Shown in pieces: positions 12,456 through 25,860 of a stretch of 64,000 nt of DNA. The DNA is from Malacoraja senta (Eukaryota), in NCBI GenBank assembly GCA_038087875.1, contig CM075994.1:6078001-6142000 (forward strand). Reading direction: 5' to 3'. The notes under the pieces were generated by a model that made no database searches, was not told where the DNA came from, and was given only the letters and a program-made list of their open reading frames with translations. Every line of letters begins with the position of its first letter. The first letter of the stretch is position 1. A program made the translations under genes and the position numbers.

Positions 12456-14442
12456 TACCAATCCTAAAGGACTGCTGGCATCATTACCAGAACACTGTTA
12501 AGGAGGCCAAAAGAGAATGCTTGTCAAACATTATTGTGTCTAATCGTCATAACCTACGTGTGTTATTTAAAACCATTGACTCTGTTCTTAATGCCCCACA
12601 GCCTGTCTGTTTGGAAGCATCCTCCGAAATGTGCAATGACTTCCTGCACTTTTTCATTGATAAGGTTGTTACCATAAGGGCTCTCATTTCAGCTCCTGCC
12701 TCTGACCCCTCTCATTCTGACCCATGCTTGGTGGTATTTGATAAGTTTGTGCCTGTGACATTGTCCCTTTTAGAGGATGTGGTTAGCCATATTAAGCCAT
12801 CAGGTTCCCTTGTGATGCTGTCCCTCCTCCTCAGCAGTATAGGGCAGTCGGTTCTTGCCATTATTAACATCAGTTTGTGTTCTGGAGTTGTCCCCGTAAG
12901 TTTTAAACATGCAGTAGTGCAACCCCTGCTTAAGAAACCTGGCCTAGATCAAACTGTATTGGCCAATTTTAGGCCCATCTCCAAGTTGCCTTTTATTTCT
13001 AAAATCTTGGAGAAAGTTGTTTACGCTCAGTTAAAACTTTTGTTGGACGAGCATAATATTCGGGAGGTTTTCCAGTCTGGGTTTAAAACTGTGCATAGCA
13101 CAGAGTCAGCATTGCTAAGGGTCTTTAATGACATCCTCCTAGCTAATGATTCTGGTGATTATGTGATTCTTGTCCTGCTGGACCTATCTGCTGCCTTTGA
13201 TACAGTGGATCATGCTATTTTACTAACTCGGTTAAGGCACCTAGTGGGCATTTGTGGTAGTGCCCTGGAATGGTTCAGATCTTATCTGGCAGACAGAACT
13301 ATGTGTGTAAGCCTTGCTGGTTTTGAATCCTCCTCCGCTCCTCTGTCATATGGGGTTCCACAGGGCTCAATTTTAGGGCCCCTGCTTTTCTCATTGTACT
13401 TACATCCTCTGGGTTCCATTCTTAGAAAGCATGGCATGTCTTTTCATTGTTATGCTGATGATAGTCAGATCTATGTTCCGCTGAAGAATAAAGATGCTTT
13501 CTCAGTCAAACCACTCCTGTTATGTCTTGATGACATTAAATCCTGGATGGCCCTAAACTTTCTAAATTTTAATGAAAAGAAAACAGAAGTGATAGTGTTT
13601 GGTCACAATGGCCCCGGTGAACTTCCCCCTGTTGACCTCGGTCCCTTGGCACTGTATGTGAAGCCAACAGTTTTGAATTTGGGTTTTAAGATGGACAGTG
13701 ATTTTAAATTAGATCGTCAAATAGGCGCGGTAGTTAGGTCCAGTTTCTTTCATTTAAGGCAGCTGGCAAAGGTGAAGCCCTTTCTTGAACGACAGCATTT
13801 TGAAACAGTAATCCATGCCTTTATCACGTCTCGGCTGGATTACTGTAACGCACTTTATTTTGGAGTTAGCCAATCATCCCTTGCACGTCTCCAGTTTGTT
13901 CAGAATGCTGTTGCTCGCCTTTTAACTGGAACACGTAAGAGGGAGCACATAACGCCTCTTCTGGCCTCCCTCCACTAGCTGCCTGTGTACTTTAGAGTTC
14001 GTTTTAAGTTTCTTTTATTTGTTTTTAAATCATTAAATGGTCTCCCCCCGCCTTACCTCTCTGGGCTGCTTCATCCCTACGCTCCTGCTCGGTGCCTCAG
14101 GTCAGCTGATCAGCTGCTCCTGGAGGTACCGAGGTCTAAGCGGAAGCTCAGAGGGGATAGAGTCTTCTCTGTTGTTGCTCCGACATTATGGAACGCTCTA
14201 CCTTTGAACATTAGACAGGCCACTTCAGTGTCCATTTTCAAAACGAGCCTTAAAACCCTTTTCTATTCCTTGGCTTTTGACCCTGCATGAGACTTTGCTC
14301 CTGTTTTAGTGTTTTTTATTGTTTTTACTGTCTTTTAATGTTTTGTTGTTTTGTTTTATGTATGTGATTGGTCATGTACAGCACTTTGTTGCAACGGTGG
14401 TTGTTTTTAAAGTGCTCTATAAATAAAGTTATTATTATTATT
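12456..14442 (+). mobile_element. L2-clade LINE, 5'-truncated, with long open RT region
   Basis: NFRPISKLPFISKILEKVV, FQSGF...HSTESALL, LLDLSAAFDTVDH, GVPQGSILGPLLF, YADDSQIY, AFITSRLDYCNAL. 3' end is tataaataaag(tta)n. Confidence 0.93.
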
Positions 14443-15369
14443 ATTCAGATAATAATCTGCCTTGTTCTCAATGATGTAGGGAAATAAAGAACAATGAATG
14501 AAAGATGCGAAATAGTCATGATTATAAATGAAACAGCCCATTGTTGGGTGATATGAATTTTGATTTCTCTAACGGAGTAACCCCGCCATTCCCTCTCTCT
14601 TTATCCCTCCTCCACCTAAGTCGCACCAGCTTCTCATTTTCACCCAACAAACAGCAAACAATGGTTTGTTTCCTTTATCATCGAGACATTATTGCATAAC
14701 TTTCATTCATTGTTCTTTATCTCACCACATCATCGTCCATAGCTCTTGTTTCTCTTTTCCCTAACTAGTCTGAAGGACTGTCGCGACCTGAAACATCACC
14801 CATTCCTTCTCTCCAGAGATGCTTGCTGTTCCGCTGAGTTAACCCAGCTTTTTGTGACTATCTTGCCTCTACAACCATGGCTTGTAAGAAGCGAGGATTT
14901 CAAGGGATCTTGTTGAAATGTTCAGCTTGCCTCCTCTTCAGTGATCATGTTGATTTTAGGCTCCACTGTCACTTTAGCCCAGATAAAGCAATGTCTTCGT
15001 CACAGTCTTATTTCTCATTCCACATAGCAGCTCCAAATATAGGTTTTGCAAACCCTGTCTCCAACAGTGATGCAATAATCCTATGATTGCAGTTTGCCAA
15101 CGTGGTCCACCAAAGTGAAACACCAGATCCATAGTTTTGTGTTTATAATTTCGTCTCCAAAAGTGTTGCATCCTGCAGATTGATGTTTGCAAACTGTGTC
15201 CAGAGTGATGTACCAGCGCACAGAGTTATATGGGTCCCTGTCTCCGCATCAATTTGAGAAAATAAAATGACAACACAAAGTAAAATTGCTTTTGGATTAA
15301 ACTATACAAAAGATAGTTTAACTTGTTGCTGTTGCAAGAATTGTTATAACCCATACTGATCTCTCCCTT

Positions 15370-16630
15370 TAGATAAACACAAAATGCTGCAGTAACTCAG
15401 CACGACAGGCAGCATCACTGGATATAATGAATGGGTGACGTTTCAGTACAAGGCCGTTATTCAGACTGAGAGTCGGAGAGAGGGAAACACAGCGATAAGG
15501 ATGTGTAAGGTGTGAAAATGAGACAGCAAAGATATCAGATAAAGGAAAATGTAGAATAGATCATTGTTAGCTAGAAAGTGACAACGAAGCATTCGGAGGT
15601 AAAATGTAATCAGGGGGACTAGTCGGAGAACTAGGAAGGGGAGGAATGGAGAGAGAGGGAAAGCAAGGGCTATTTGAAGTTAGTGGTCAATATTTAAACC
15701 GCTGGGGTGTAAGTTGCCCAGCGGAAATATGAGGTGCTCCAATTTGCACTGGGCCTCACTCTGACAGTGGAGGAGGCCCAGGACAGAAAGGTCAGTGTGG
15801 TAATGGGAGGGGGAGTTAAAGTGTTTATCAATCGGAGGGTCAGGTAGGTTTAAGCGGACTGAGCGGAGGGGTTTGGTGAAATGAGCGCCGAGCCTGCGCT
15901 TGGTCTCGCCAATATATAAGAGTCCACACCAGGAACAGCGGGTACAGTAGATCAGGTTGGAGCAGGTGCAAGTGATCCTTTGCCTCACCTGAAAAGTCTG
16001 TCGGGGTCCTTGGACAGAGTTGAGGAAGAAGGCATAAGGACTCTCCCCTGCGGTTTCAGGCAGAAGTATATGGGCAGGGAGTGGTTTGGGTGGGAAAGGA
16101 CGTTAACCAGGTAGTTGCAGAGGGAATGAACTCTGCGGAAAGGGGAAAGATTCTATTTAGAGATGCTGCCCGTCCCGCTGAGCTACACCAGCATGTTGTG
16201 TCTATTTTTGGTGTAAAGCAGCATCTGCAGTTCCTTCCTAAACATACTGATCTTCCCCCAATAATAGACAGAAAAATATGGGCAGGTTACACACCAGCGG
16301 TATGAATATTGACCTCTAACTTTAAGTAACCCATGGTTTCCCTCTCTCCATCCTTCCTAATCCTAGTTCTCCGACCAGTCTGACTGTCCCTCTAATTAAA
16401 TTTTATCTATGTTTGCTTTGTTGCAACCTTCTGCTATCTAACAATGATCTATTCTACATTTTCCTTGACCCAGCAGCTCTTTTGATGTCTCGTTTTCACA
16501 CCTTACTCTTCCTCGCCTCTGCGTCTCCAGGTCCCCTGACTCTCAGTCTAAACTGAAACGTCGCACATTCCTTCTCTCCGGAGATGCTGCCTGTCCCGCT
16601 GAACTACTCCAGCATTTTGTGTCTATCTTC
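15370..16630. mobile_element. Penelope-like element with inverted terminal segment
   Basis: Minus-strand GIY-YIG (NLIYCTRCSWCGLLYIGETKRRLGAHF, 15680-15988). Segment ~16290-16630 is an inverted copy of ~15370-15710. Confidence 0.82.
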
Positions 16631-16711
16631 AGGGGTACACTTGCATATCGACGGGAAAATTGAACTCTGCATGCAATGTCATCCTCTATGTCTACAACAT
16701 TCATCAGTCAG

Positions 16712-18520
16712 AGGCACGGTGGAGCAGCGGTAGAGCTGCTGTCTTTCAGCGAATGCAGCACCGGAGACCCGGGTTCGATCCTGACTACGGGTGTTGTCTG
16801 TACAGAGTTTGTACTTTCTCCCCGTGACCTGCATGGATTTTCTCCGAGAACTTCAGTTTCCTCACCTGTGCGGACCAACTGGCTGGAGTTTTTGCGGACA
16901 TTTTCAACTTCTCACTTCTGAGGTCTGAGGTTCCCACCTGCTTTAAAAGGGCATCAATTATACCGGTGCCCAAGAAGAGCAAGGTGACGAGCATCGCCGA
17001 CTATCGATCAGTGGCACTAACGTTGGTGTTGATGAAGTGCTTTGAGAGGCTGATCATGGCGCAAATCAACTCCTACCTCGACAAAAACCTGGACCCTCTG
17101 CAGTTTGCCTACCGCCACAACAGATCAATGGTGGGTGCGATCTCGCTGGCTCTCCACTCTGCTCTGGACCACTTGGACAACAAAAACTCATATGTCAGGC
17201 TGTTATTCATTGATTACAGCTCGGCAATTAATACAATCGTCCCCCCCGAGCTGGTTACCAAGCTCTCAGATCTGGGTCTCTGCGCATCCCTCTGCAATTG
17301 GATCCTCGACTTCCTCATAGAAAGACCACAGACTGTTCGTATTGGTGGAAATGTGTCAGCCTCGATAACAATCTGCACGGGAGCACTTCAAGGCTGCGTG
17401 CTCAGCCCCCTGCTGTACTCACTTTATACTCATGACTGCGTAGCCGGTTATAGTGCGAACTCCATCATCAAGTTCGCTGACGACACCACTGTTGTGGGAC
17501 GTATCACTGATGGGGACGAGTCAGAGTATAGAAGTGAGATCGACCGACTGACCAAATGGTGCCAGCACAATAACCTGGCCCTCAACACCAGCAAAACCAA
17601 GGAACTGATTGTGGACTTTGGAAGGGGTAGGATGGGGACCCACAGTCCCATTTATATCAACAGGTCGATGGTGGAGAGGGACAAGAGCTTCAAATTCCTG
17701 GGCGTGCATATTTCTGAAGATCTTTCCTGGTCCGAGAACACTGATGCAATTATTAAGAAAGCACATCAGCGACTCTACTTCCTGAGAAGATTACGGAGAG
17801 TCAGTATGTCAAGGAGAACTCTCTCTAACTTCTACCCGTGCACAGTAGAGAGCATGCTGACTGATTGCAACGTGGCTTGGTTCGCCAACTTGAGCGCCCA
17901 GGAGCGGAAAAGACTACAAAAAGTAGTAAACACTGCCCAGTCCATCATCGGCTCTGACCTCCCTACCATCGAGGAGATCTATCGCAGTCGCTGCCTCAAA
18001 AAGGCTGGCATCATCATCAAGGACCCACACAATCCTGGCCACACACTCATCTACCCACTACCTTCAGGTAGAAGGTACAGGGGCTTGAAGACTGCAACTT
18101 CCGGATTCAGAAATAGCTACTTCCCCACAGCCATCAGGCTATTAAACTCAACTGAAACAAATCTCTGAACACTAATAGACCATTATCTGTTTATTTGCAC
18201 TTTCTCTGCTTATGTATTGATGTGTGTATATATTTATATAATGGTGTAGGTACACACTGATATGATAAGTTCTGTATTCTTGCCTTCTATATTCCGTTGT
18301 TCTGATGCAAAGCAAGAATTTCATTGTCCTATCTGGGACATATGACAATAAACTCTCTTGACTTGACTTGACTCCAAAGACATACAGGTTTCTAGGTTAA
18401 TTTGGTAAATGTAAACATTGTCCCTAGTGGATGTAGGATAGCGTTTAAGTACGGGGATTGCTGGTCGGCGCGGACGTGGTGGGCCGAGGGGCCAGTTTCT
18501 GAGCAGTATCTCTAAACTAA
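16712..18520 (+). mobile_element. tRNA-derived V-SINE (HE1-like) split by a Rex1 insertion
   Basis: A box tggagcagcgg, B box gggttcgatcc (16771), V-domain-like gagtttgtactttctccccgtgacctgc. Interrupted at ~16865 and resumes at ~18371, ending in ctctaaactaa. Confidence 0.8.
16866..18370 (+). mobile_element. Rex1/Babar LINE, 5'-truncated, open RT ORF 16966-18168
   Basis: [69 protein letters not shown]. Tail is gacaataaactct(cttga)n. Confidence 0.92.
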
Positions 18521-19039
18521 GTATGGAGTATAGAAGTTGGGAGGTTATGTTACAGTTATGTTAAAATGTTGGTAAGGCCACATTCAAAGTCTGTCCCGCT
18601 GAGGCATTCTGTGTCTATCTTTGGTGTAAACTAGCATCTCAACCAATTCCTTCTACCAAAGATGCTGCCTATCTGCTGAGGTTACGCCAGCATTTTCACA
18701 AGTTATAGCAGTAGAATTAGGCCATTCAGTGCATCGATCCCACTCTGCCATTCAATCATGGCTGATCCCTGCCTCCTAATCCCATTTTCTTCCCTTCTCC
18801 CCATAACCATTGACACCCGTACTAACCATGAATTTGTCTATCTCTGCCTTAAAATTATCCACTGACTTGACTGCCACAGCCCTCTCATTTTGTGGGTAGA
18901 CACAAAATGCTGGAGCTGTTGGGCAGATGACGTTTCCAATCCGAGTGGCGGACAGGTCGGTGGTTCAAATCCTAGCGATGAGACTCGACTCGTGAGACCG
19001 ACATCAGGCTGAGCCATAGTGGTGTGTGACTCCATTGTC

Positions 19040-20540
19040 CAAGCTTTGGACAGGAGATTCTGTGGTGGCAGGCGAGACTCAAGGATGGTCTGTTGCCCCC
19101 GGTGCCAAGTTTCAAGATGTCACGAACCGACGTCAGAACATCCTCGAGAGGGAAGGTGAACAGCTGGAAGTAGTTGTGCACGTGGGCACAAACAACGTCG
19201 GGAAGAAGAGTTGAGGATGAAGATTGAGAAGCAGGACTTCAGGGGTGGTTAAGTCTGGATTGCTGCCTGTACCTCATGCTGCTGAGGACAGGAACAGGGT
19301 GATAGTGGATCTGAACGTGTGGCTGGGGAGCTGGTACAGGGAGCAGGGATTTAGATATATAGACTACTGGGATCTCTTCTGGAGTAGTGGTGACCTGTAC
19401 AAAAGGGATGGTTACACCTTAACTAGAGTATTCACTTAGTATGGCAACTCAAATTTAATTGTAGCTTACTTGACTAAGTGACAATAAATGCAAACTTGAA
19501 CTTGAACTTGAACCAACGTTCGGGCAGGCAGATTTGCTAGTGTTACACGTGTGGGTTTAAACTAAATAGCGGGGGGGAGGGGTTGACAAATTGGGAGTAT
19601 AAATATGGAGTTAAACGGGAAGTGAGTACAGGAAAAGTTACAAAAGACTCCCGAATTAATGGGAAGAAAAGTTCGAGAAGGGATAAGAGAGTAAGGTCAG
19701 GGCAATAGTGACTGGTGTGAGAGGGGAGGTGACTACCAAAGTTAAAGTGTTGTATATGAATGCGAAAAGTATAAGAAATAAAGTGGATGAACTTGCGGCT
19801 CAGTTAGAAATTGGCAAGTATGATGTTGTGGGAATTACAGAGACATGGCACCAAGAGGACCAGGGCTGGGAACTGAATATTCAGGGGTATACATCCTATC
19901 TGGAAAACAGACAGGTAGGCAGAGGGGGTGGGGTATTGCGAGAGGTGACAGGAGATGTAGTCAGTCTGGACAAAACTGAGGAATTGTAAGGGTAAAAATA
20001 CCCTAATGGGAGTTACCTGCAGGCCCCCAAACAGCAGCCTGGCTCTGTGGTGCAAGGTGATACAAGAGTTAAAATTGGCATGTCGCAAAGGTAATGCTAC
20101 GGTCATTATGGGAGATTTCAACATGCAGGTAGATTGGCAAAATCAGGTTTGTAATGGACCCCAAGAAAGGGAGTTTGTAGAGTGCTTCCGAGATGGACTC
20201 TTAGAGCAGCTTGTACTAGAATCTACCAGGGAGAAGGCAAATCTGGATTTAGTGTTGTGTAATGAACCAGATTTGATAAAGGGAACTCAAGGTAATGCAG
20301 CCATGACGAGGTAGTAACCATAATATGATAAGTTTTAATCTACAATTTGAGCGGGAGAGGGGAAAATCTGAGGTGTTAGTATTACAGTTGAGCAAAGGGG
20401 ACTAGGGAGGCATGAGGGAGGAACTGGACAAAGTTGACTGGAAAGATACCTTAGCAGGGATGACAGTGTAACAACAATGGCAGGTATTTCTGGAAATAAT
20501 ACAGAAGGTGCAGGATCAGTTCATTCCTAAGAGGAAGACA
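19040..20540 (+). mobile_element. CR1 LINE 5' portion: ORF1 SGNH-esterase-like region plus ORF2 AP endonuclease, decayed
   Basis: VVVHVGTNNVG, LLPVP, LYKRDG (ORF1). VLYMNAKSIRNKVDEL..YDVVGITETW, RPPN, IMGDFN, LDLVLCN (APE). Confidence 0.88.
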
Positions 20541-20542
20541 GA

Positions 20543-21490
20543 TGTAAAGAGAACAACATACACGCGAATGGGGGAAGAAGGACCCAGAACTGAATACATA
20601 TAAACCTCATGACAACCCCTTCCTGCCATTTCCCAGTCACAGGACCCTACCCCCGACTGCCGAGGGTTTGCATAGTAAGTGGCCTAACCACCGGGTGGTG
20701 CCACAGAACCCCCCCCAAAACCGGAGGCACGAAAACCGAAAGGGTAGACGAACGAGGCGTTGCCTCTACACATCCACCAACAGGGATTGGACTCAGAGGA
20801 AATCTGTGCCCTGCAACGGCTGGGAAACCTAAAGGTCCAGGCAAAATGGCAGGGGCCAAAGATGAGCAGGATCGTTCAAACTCCATACATCCGTATGGAG
20901 CTGCCATTGACTGCAGTCAGAGAAGTCCCCTGCTTGCCAGGATGAGTGTTAACCCCAACGGGGGTAAAACGCTCACCTCTGCACCCGTATCAACCAGGAA
21001 CCGTCGTCCTGAGTGTCGATCCCACGCGTAGAGGCAATGTTTCAGACCGACCACCGCAGCCGAAATTTCCTTGATACGAGCAGGGCAGGCAGCACTGATG
21101 GGCTGCGGGATCCCAGCGCTGATGATAGTAACACCACTTCCCCTTACCTGGGTCGTTAGGATCAGGAGGCGCAGCTGAACTCCCGGTGGATGCAGGGCCT
21201 GGTTTCTGGGCCCTCCAAGACACTGCCAATACTCGAGTGATTGAGCTTCCGCCCTGCTGCTTGGCCTGCCACAGCTCGTCCGTACGCTCTGCTACCAGCT
21301 AGGGGTCTGCAAAATCCTCACCTGCGTGCAGCAGGCGGACATCGCCCGGCATCTGCTGCAAGAAGGCGTGTTCGACAAGTAGGCAGGGCCGATGCCCATC
21401 CATGAGGGTGAGCATCCCGCTCATGAGCTCCAATGGCTTGCGATCGCCAAGGCTGCCCAAGTGCACTGCGCGGTCCCGACGGCTGAGGCA
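20543..21490 (-). mobile_element. Ty3/Gypsy gag-protease fragment
   Basis: Gag knuckle WCYYHQRWDPAAHQCCLPC followed by protease RFLVDTGAEVSVLP (reverse complement of ~20962-21003). Confidence 0.8.
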
Positions 21491-22020
21491 AAAGGAATAT
21501 TACAAAATGTAGAGATTTTTAAAATCAAGCCTGTAATTTATCCCATCAGATAAAGCATAAAAACAACTTTAATTTGATACCTTTCATATCTTCAGTATTA
21601 AAAAAAGTTATGGTCATTTTCATACTCGGAAATTAGCATCCTTTTCCATTGACTTAATACAAAAGCTGTGATCGAGGACAGTCAAAAGCCCACAACTATC
21701 TTAAAAATTAAGAGAACTGAATGAAATTGTCAGTTATTTTAGATTGAAGCATTCTTAAACAAATATGAAACATCTTACTTGGATGACCTGAAATTAAAGC
21801 ATATAATTAGTTAGTTACCTAATTGTAGCTAATTACAAAATTGACCATTGTGACGGAAATAGTAATAAACACGCAGATTGCATAGAAAATTCAAAAATGT
21901 GATATTCTCAAAATCAGAACTTTAATATTATTGTATTATATGCTGTAGGTCCGCAACAGATAGGTAATGAAATTACAATTTCGAGCAAAAGAACAAGTCT
22001 TTATGGAGAAGATCAGTTGC

Positions 22021-22152
22021 TTAGTCCCATGTTCCCCTCCCCTTTGCATCTCTGTCTTACTGCTCTATTTTGTTTTGTTTATTCTTGACTCTCAATGTAA
22101 AGCGACTTTGAGTCCTGAAAAACGCTATATAAATAAAATCTATTATTATTAG
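22021..22152 (+). mobile_element. L2 3'-UTR remnant (same family as 55246-56576)
   Basis: tgtaaagcgactttgagtcctgaaaaacgctatataaataaaatc(tat)n matches the reverse complement of ~55246-55370. Confidence 0.75.
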
Positions 22153-24011
22153 TATTAGTTGCTAGCTGGTACATTGGCATATTATAATCAGTAGCATCAT
22201 CAAACTCCTCAGATTGTAACCAATAAGCAACTCTGTACACCATGTTTTTTTCTCAACCTTTCAATTTTGGCATTGTAAACTACAAGTTTTTGCTCTTCAA
22301 ACCACGCATGGCATGTCTTTCTGCCCACTACTTTTCCATTAAGAATGTCCTGTAGATCATCACATTTGGAGTAGACAATTTTGGATAATCTCTGTCTAAA
22401 TCAGCCTCTTTTGCTGGGCATTTGCTGGGCATTTGGATTGACAATTTTGCATTTCTTCTTCGGAGATATCTGTTTAAAATGTAAAGAAAAATAACACTGA
22501 ACAGCATTAACAGAAACAAGTTATTAATTGTAGTTTTAGAAAAAAAAAGTAGAAATGATGAAGTTAAACGCTAAAACAAATAGTAAATACCCAACAAAAA
22601 ATTCATATTCATCAGTTTCATCAAATCAATTAAATTCATCTAATCAATTAAATTCATCTAAATTCAATTACTAGATATAAACGTCTATCCATTTCTTAAG
22701 AAAAGGCTAACATTTTTAAATAGCCTAAGTATCAAAAAAACAAATAACAAACTGATCCCATTCACACAAGAATTCACAATATAACATGATTTTTAAATCT
22801 CACTTTGTCATGAATTTATAAGCCAAATGGAAGGAATTTAATGTTTAATTCCCATAAATTAATCCAGCAACATCCACTCTCCAGATAATCAAAATCATTA
22901 TTTTTTGCACAATACATCTGACTAAAACTGTACTGTGGATATTTAATGAAAATATTGATCACGGATAGACAATAACACAAATATAGATGATTTAGAAGTT
23001 CTTATGACATGATTGTGCAAAAAAAAAAGATTTTGATTATCTTGAGAGTGGAGGCGTTTGGAATGTGATCGATTGGAATGTTGCCGTCACCATAAATTTA
23101 AGCCCATATCGGCAGGCAAGACATGGCCGATTCGTGTGTGGGCCTAAATAACATTTTTGAATCATAAGATTAAAATGAACCCACACCAAATAGCAAATTA
23201 ATATGTTAAATAAACAACATACCTTTTGTTTTGTCCTGATATTGCGATCCATGTTGTTGAAGGTGTTGAAGGCATTATTAGTTGCATTTAATTTTAATCC
23301 AGCATCGCAATCATCCAGCAAAATGTTTCTTAAAAAACCCGCGAACCCACCATGACAAACACTGACGCCATCCCCTCCCACGGCCCAGCCAGGCCCGGCG
23401 GCGGCAGTGGGCAGGTAGGTGGGTGGGCAGGGCGGGTATGGGCCGAGCAGCAGCGGGCGGACAGGGACGGGCCGTGCGGCAGCAGTGGGCGGTCGGGCAG
23501 GACGGGGACAGGCCGAGAGGTGGCTGAACAGGAGTGGGCAGTGGGAAAGTTGGGTGGCAGGGTGGCCGAGCAGTTTGCCCAGAGTTTGAGTAGCTCACAC
23601 ACACACAATGCAATCTGGTCCAATCGTCAATAGAGACAATAGATACTAGGTGCAGGAGTAGGCCAATTGGCCCTTTGAGCCAGCACTGCCATTCAATGTG
23701 ATCATGGCTGATCATCCACAATCAGTACCCCGTTCCTGTCTTCTCCCCATAACCCCTGACTCCGCTCTCTTTAAGAGTCCTATCTAGCTCTCTCTTGAAA
23801 GTATCCAGAGAACCGGCCTCCACCGCCCTCTGAGGCAGAGAATTCCACAGACTCACAAATCTCTGTGAGAAAAAGTGTTTTCTCATCTCTGTTCTAAATG
23901 GCTTACCCCTTATTCTTAAACTGTGGCCCCTGGTTCTGGACTCCCCCAACATCGGGAACATGTTTCCTGCCTCTAGTGTGTCCAAACCCTTAACAATCAT
24001 ATATGTTTCAA

Positions 24012-24064
<53 letters not shown>

Positions 24065-24378
24065 GAGTGAGTGAGTGAGTGAGTGAGTGAGTGAGTGAGT
24101 GAGTGAGTGAGTGAGTGAGTGAGTGAGTGAGTGAGTGAGTGAGTGAGTGAGTGAGTGAGTGAGTGAGTGAGTGAGTGAGTGAGTGAGTGAGTGAGTGAGT
24201 GAGTGAGTGGGTGGGTGGGTGGGTGGGTGGGTGGGTGGGTGGGTGGGTGGGTAGGTAGGTAGGTAGGTAGGTAGGTAGGTAGGTAGGTAGGTAGGTAGGT
24301 AGGTAGGTAGGTAGGTAGGTAGGTAGGTAGGTAGGTAGGTAAGTAAGTAAGTAGGTAAGTAAGTAGGTAAGTAAGTAG

Positions 24379-24421
<43 letters not shown>

Positions 24422-24423
24422 GG
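24012..24423. repeat. Compound tetranucleotide microsatellite
   Basis: (AAGT)n(GAGT)n(GGGT)n(AGGT)n(AAGT)n. Confidence 0.98.
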
Positions 24424-25140
24424 TTTATTGGCCAAGTATTCACATACAAGGAATTTGCCTTGGTGCTCCGCCCACAAGTAACAACATGGCATACAGTGAC
24501 AGTTACGAATGACTCAGAAAACACTAAACATTAATAATAATGAAACATTAATGACAAAACACCATTGATCAACCATGTGAACCAACAAAATACCAGATCA
24601 AAGGGAGGCTACAGATTTGTGGCTGTTGAGTAGAGCAACTACCCATGGATAAAAACTGTTTTTATGTCTGGCTGTGGCAGCTTTGATCCCTCTCATTACC
24701 TCTCATCCTTCTAAAGATGCCCTCTCATCCTTCTAAACTCCAGAGTGTACAAGCCCAGCCGCTCCATTCTCTCAGCATATGACAGTCACGCCATCCGGGA
24801 ATTAACCTTGTAAACCTACGCTGCACTCCCTCAATAGCAAGAATGTCCTTCCTCAAATTAGGGGACCAAAACTGCACACAATACTCCAGGTGTGGTCTCA
24901 CTGGGGCCCTATACAACTGCAGGACCTCTTTGCTCCTATACTCGACTCCTCTTGTTATAAAGGCGAACATGCCATTCGCTTTCTACACTGCCTGCTGTAC
25001 CTGCATGCTTACTTCCATAGACTGATGAACAAGGACCCTCAGATCCCATTGTACTTCCCCTTTTCCCAACTTGACGCCAGTTAGATAGTAATCTGCCTTC
25101 CTGTTTTTGATACCAAAGTGGATAACCTCACATTTCTCCA

Positions 25141-25860
25141 GATCAGAATCAGAATCAGATTTTATTCGCCAAGTATGTTTTGCAACATACGAGGAATTTC
25201 ACTAGCCAGGTCAGTCATACAATTGAAAGCATCAGACTCAAAAACACATTTTAACATGAACATCCACCACAGTAACTCCTACACATTCCTCACTGTAAAG
25301 GAAAGCAAAAATAAAGTTCAAATCTCTTCCTTTGTTCTTCCTCGGTCGGGGGCCTCGAGCCCTCCATTGACGGGACGGTCTTGACTCCCGTAGCCAGCGG
25401 CGTTCGGGCCCTCTGCGTCGAGACGTTCAGCTCCTGCATCGGGGGATGTCAGCTCCCCCGCGCCGGGCGATCGAAGCTCGCGTCGGGGCTGGTCGAACCT
25501 TCTGCGGCGTTGGAGCTCCCAAATAGCCTTGCCAGAGACTTCGAGCCCTTGATGGTAAGTCCGCAGGCTGCGGTGGGAGCGATCCCAGGCAAGGGATCCG
25601 CTCGGATGTTAAGTCCGCGCCCCACGGTGGGGCTCACGACAGTCCGAGGCGGCCTACCAGCTCCAGCAATGGTCGCAGAGCCCGGAGAATGTTATCCGAA
25701 AAATAATCACATCTCTGGGAAGGTAACAACTTGAAAAAAAACTTTCCCCCGATCTCCCCCCTCCCCCCACATAAAACAAACCGAAGAACATAAAAACAAA
25801 CTTTAAACAGATGCTAAAAATAACAAAAAGGTGAAAAAACGACTGCCGGCAGGGCTGGCC
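25141..25860 (-). mobile_element. Non-autonomous retroposon, GC-rich body, (ctgatt)n tail
   Basis: Shares a catccaccacag...ttcctcactgt..ggaa core with 5100-5345, 7200-7445, 27504-28383, 52745-53120 and 53200-53860. Inserted into the CR1. Confidence 0.65.

Noticed and set aside
23722..24524. Long ORFs with LTYL/PTYL/THSL repeats
   Set aside because: Translation of a stop-free tetranucleotide microsatellite plus a CR1 tail.
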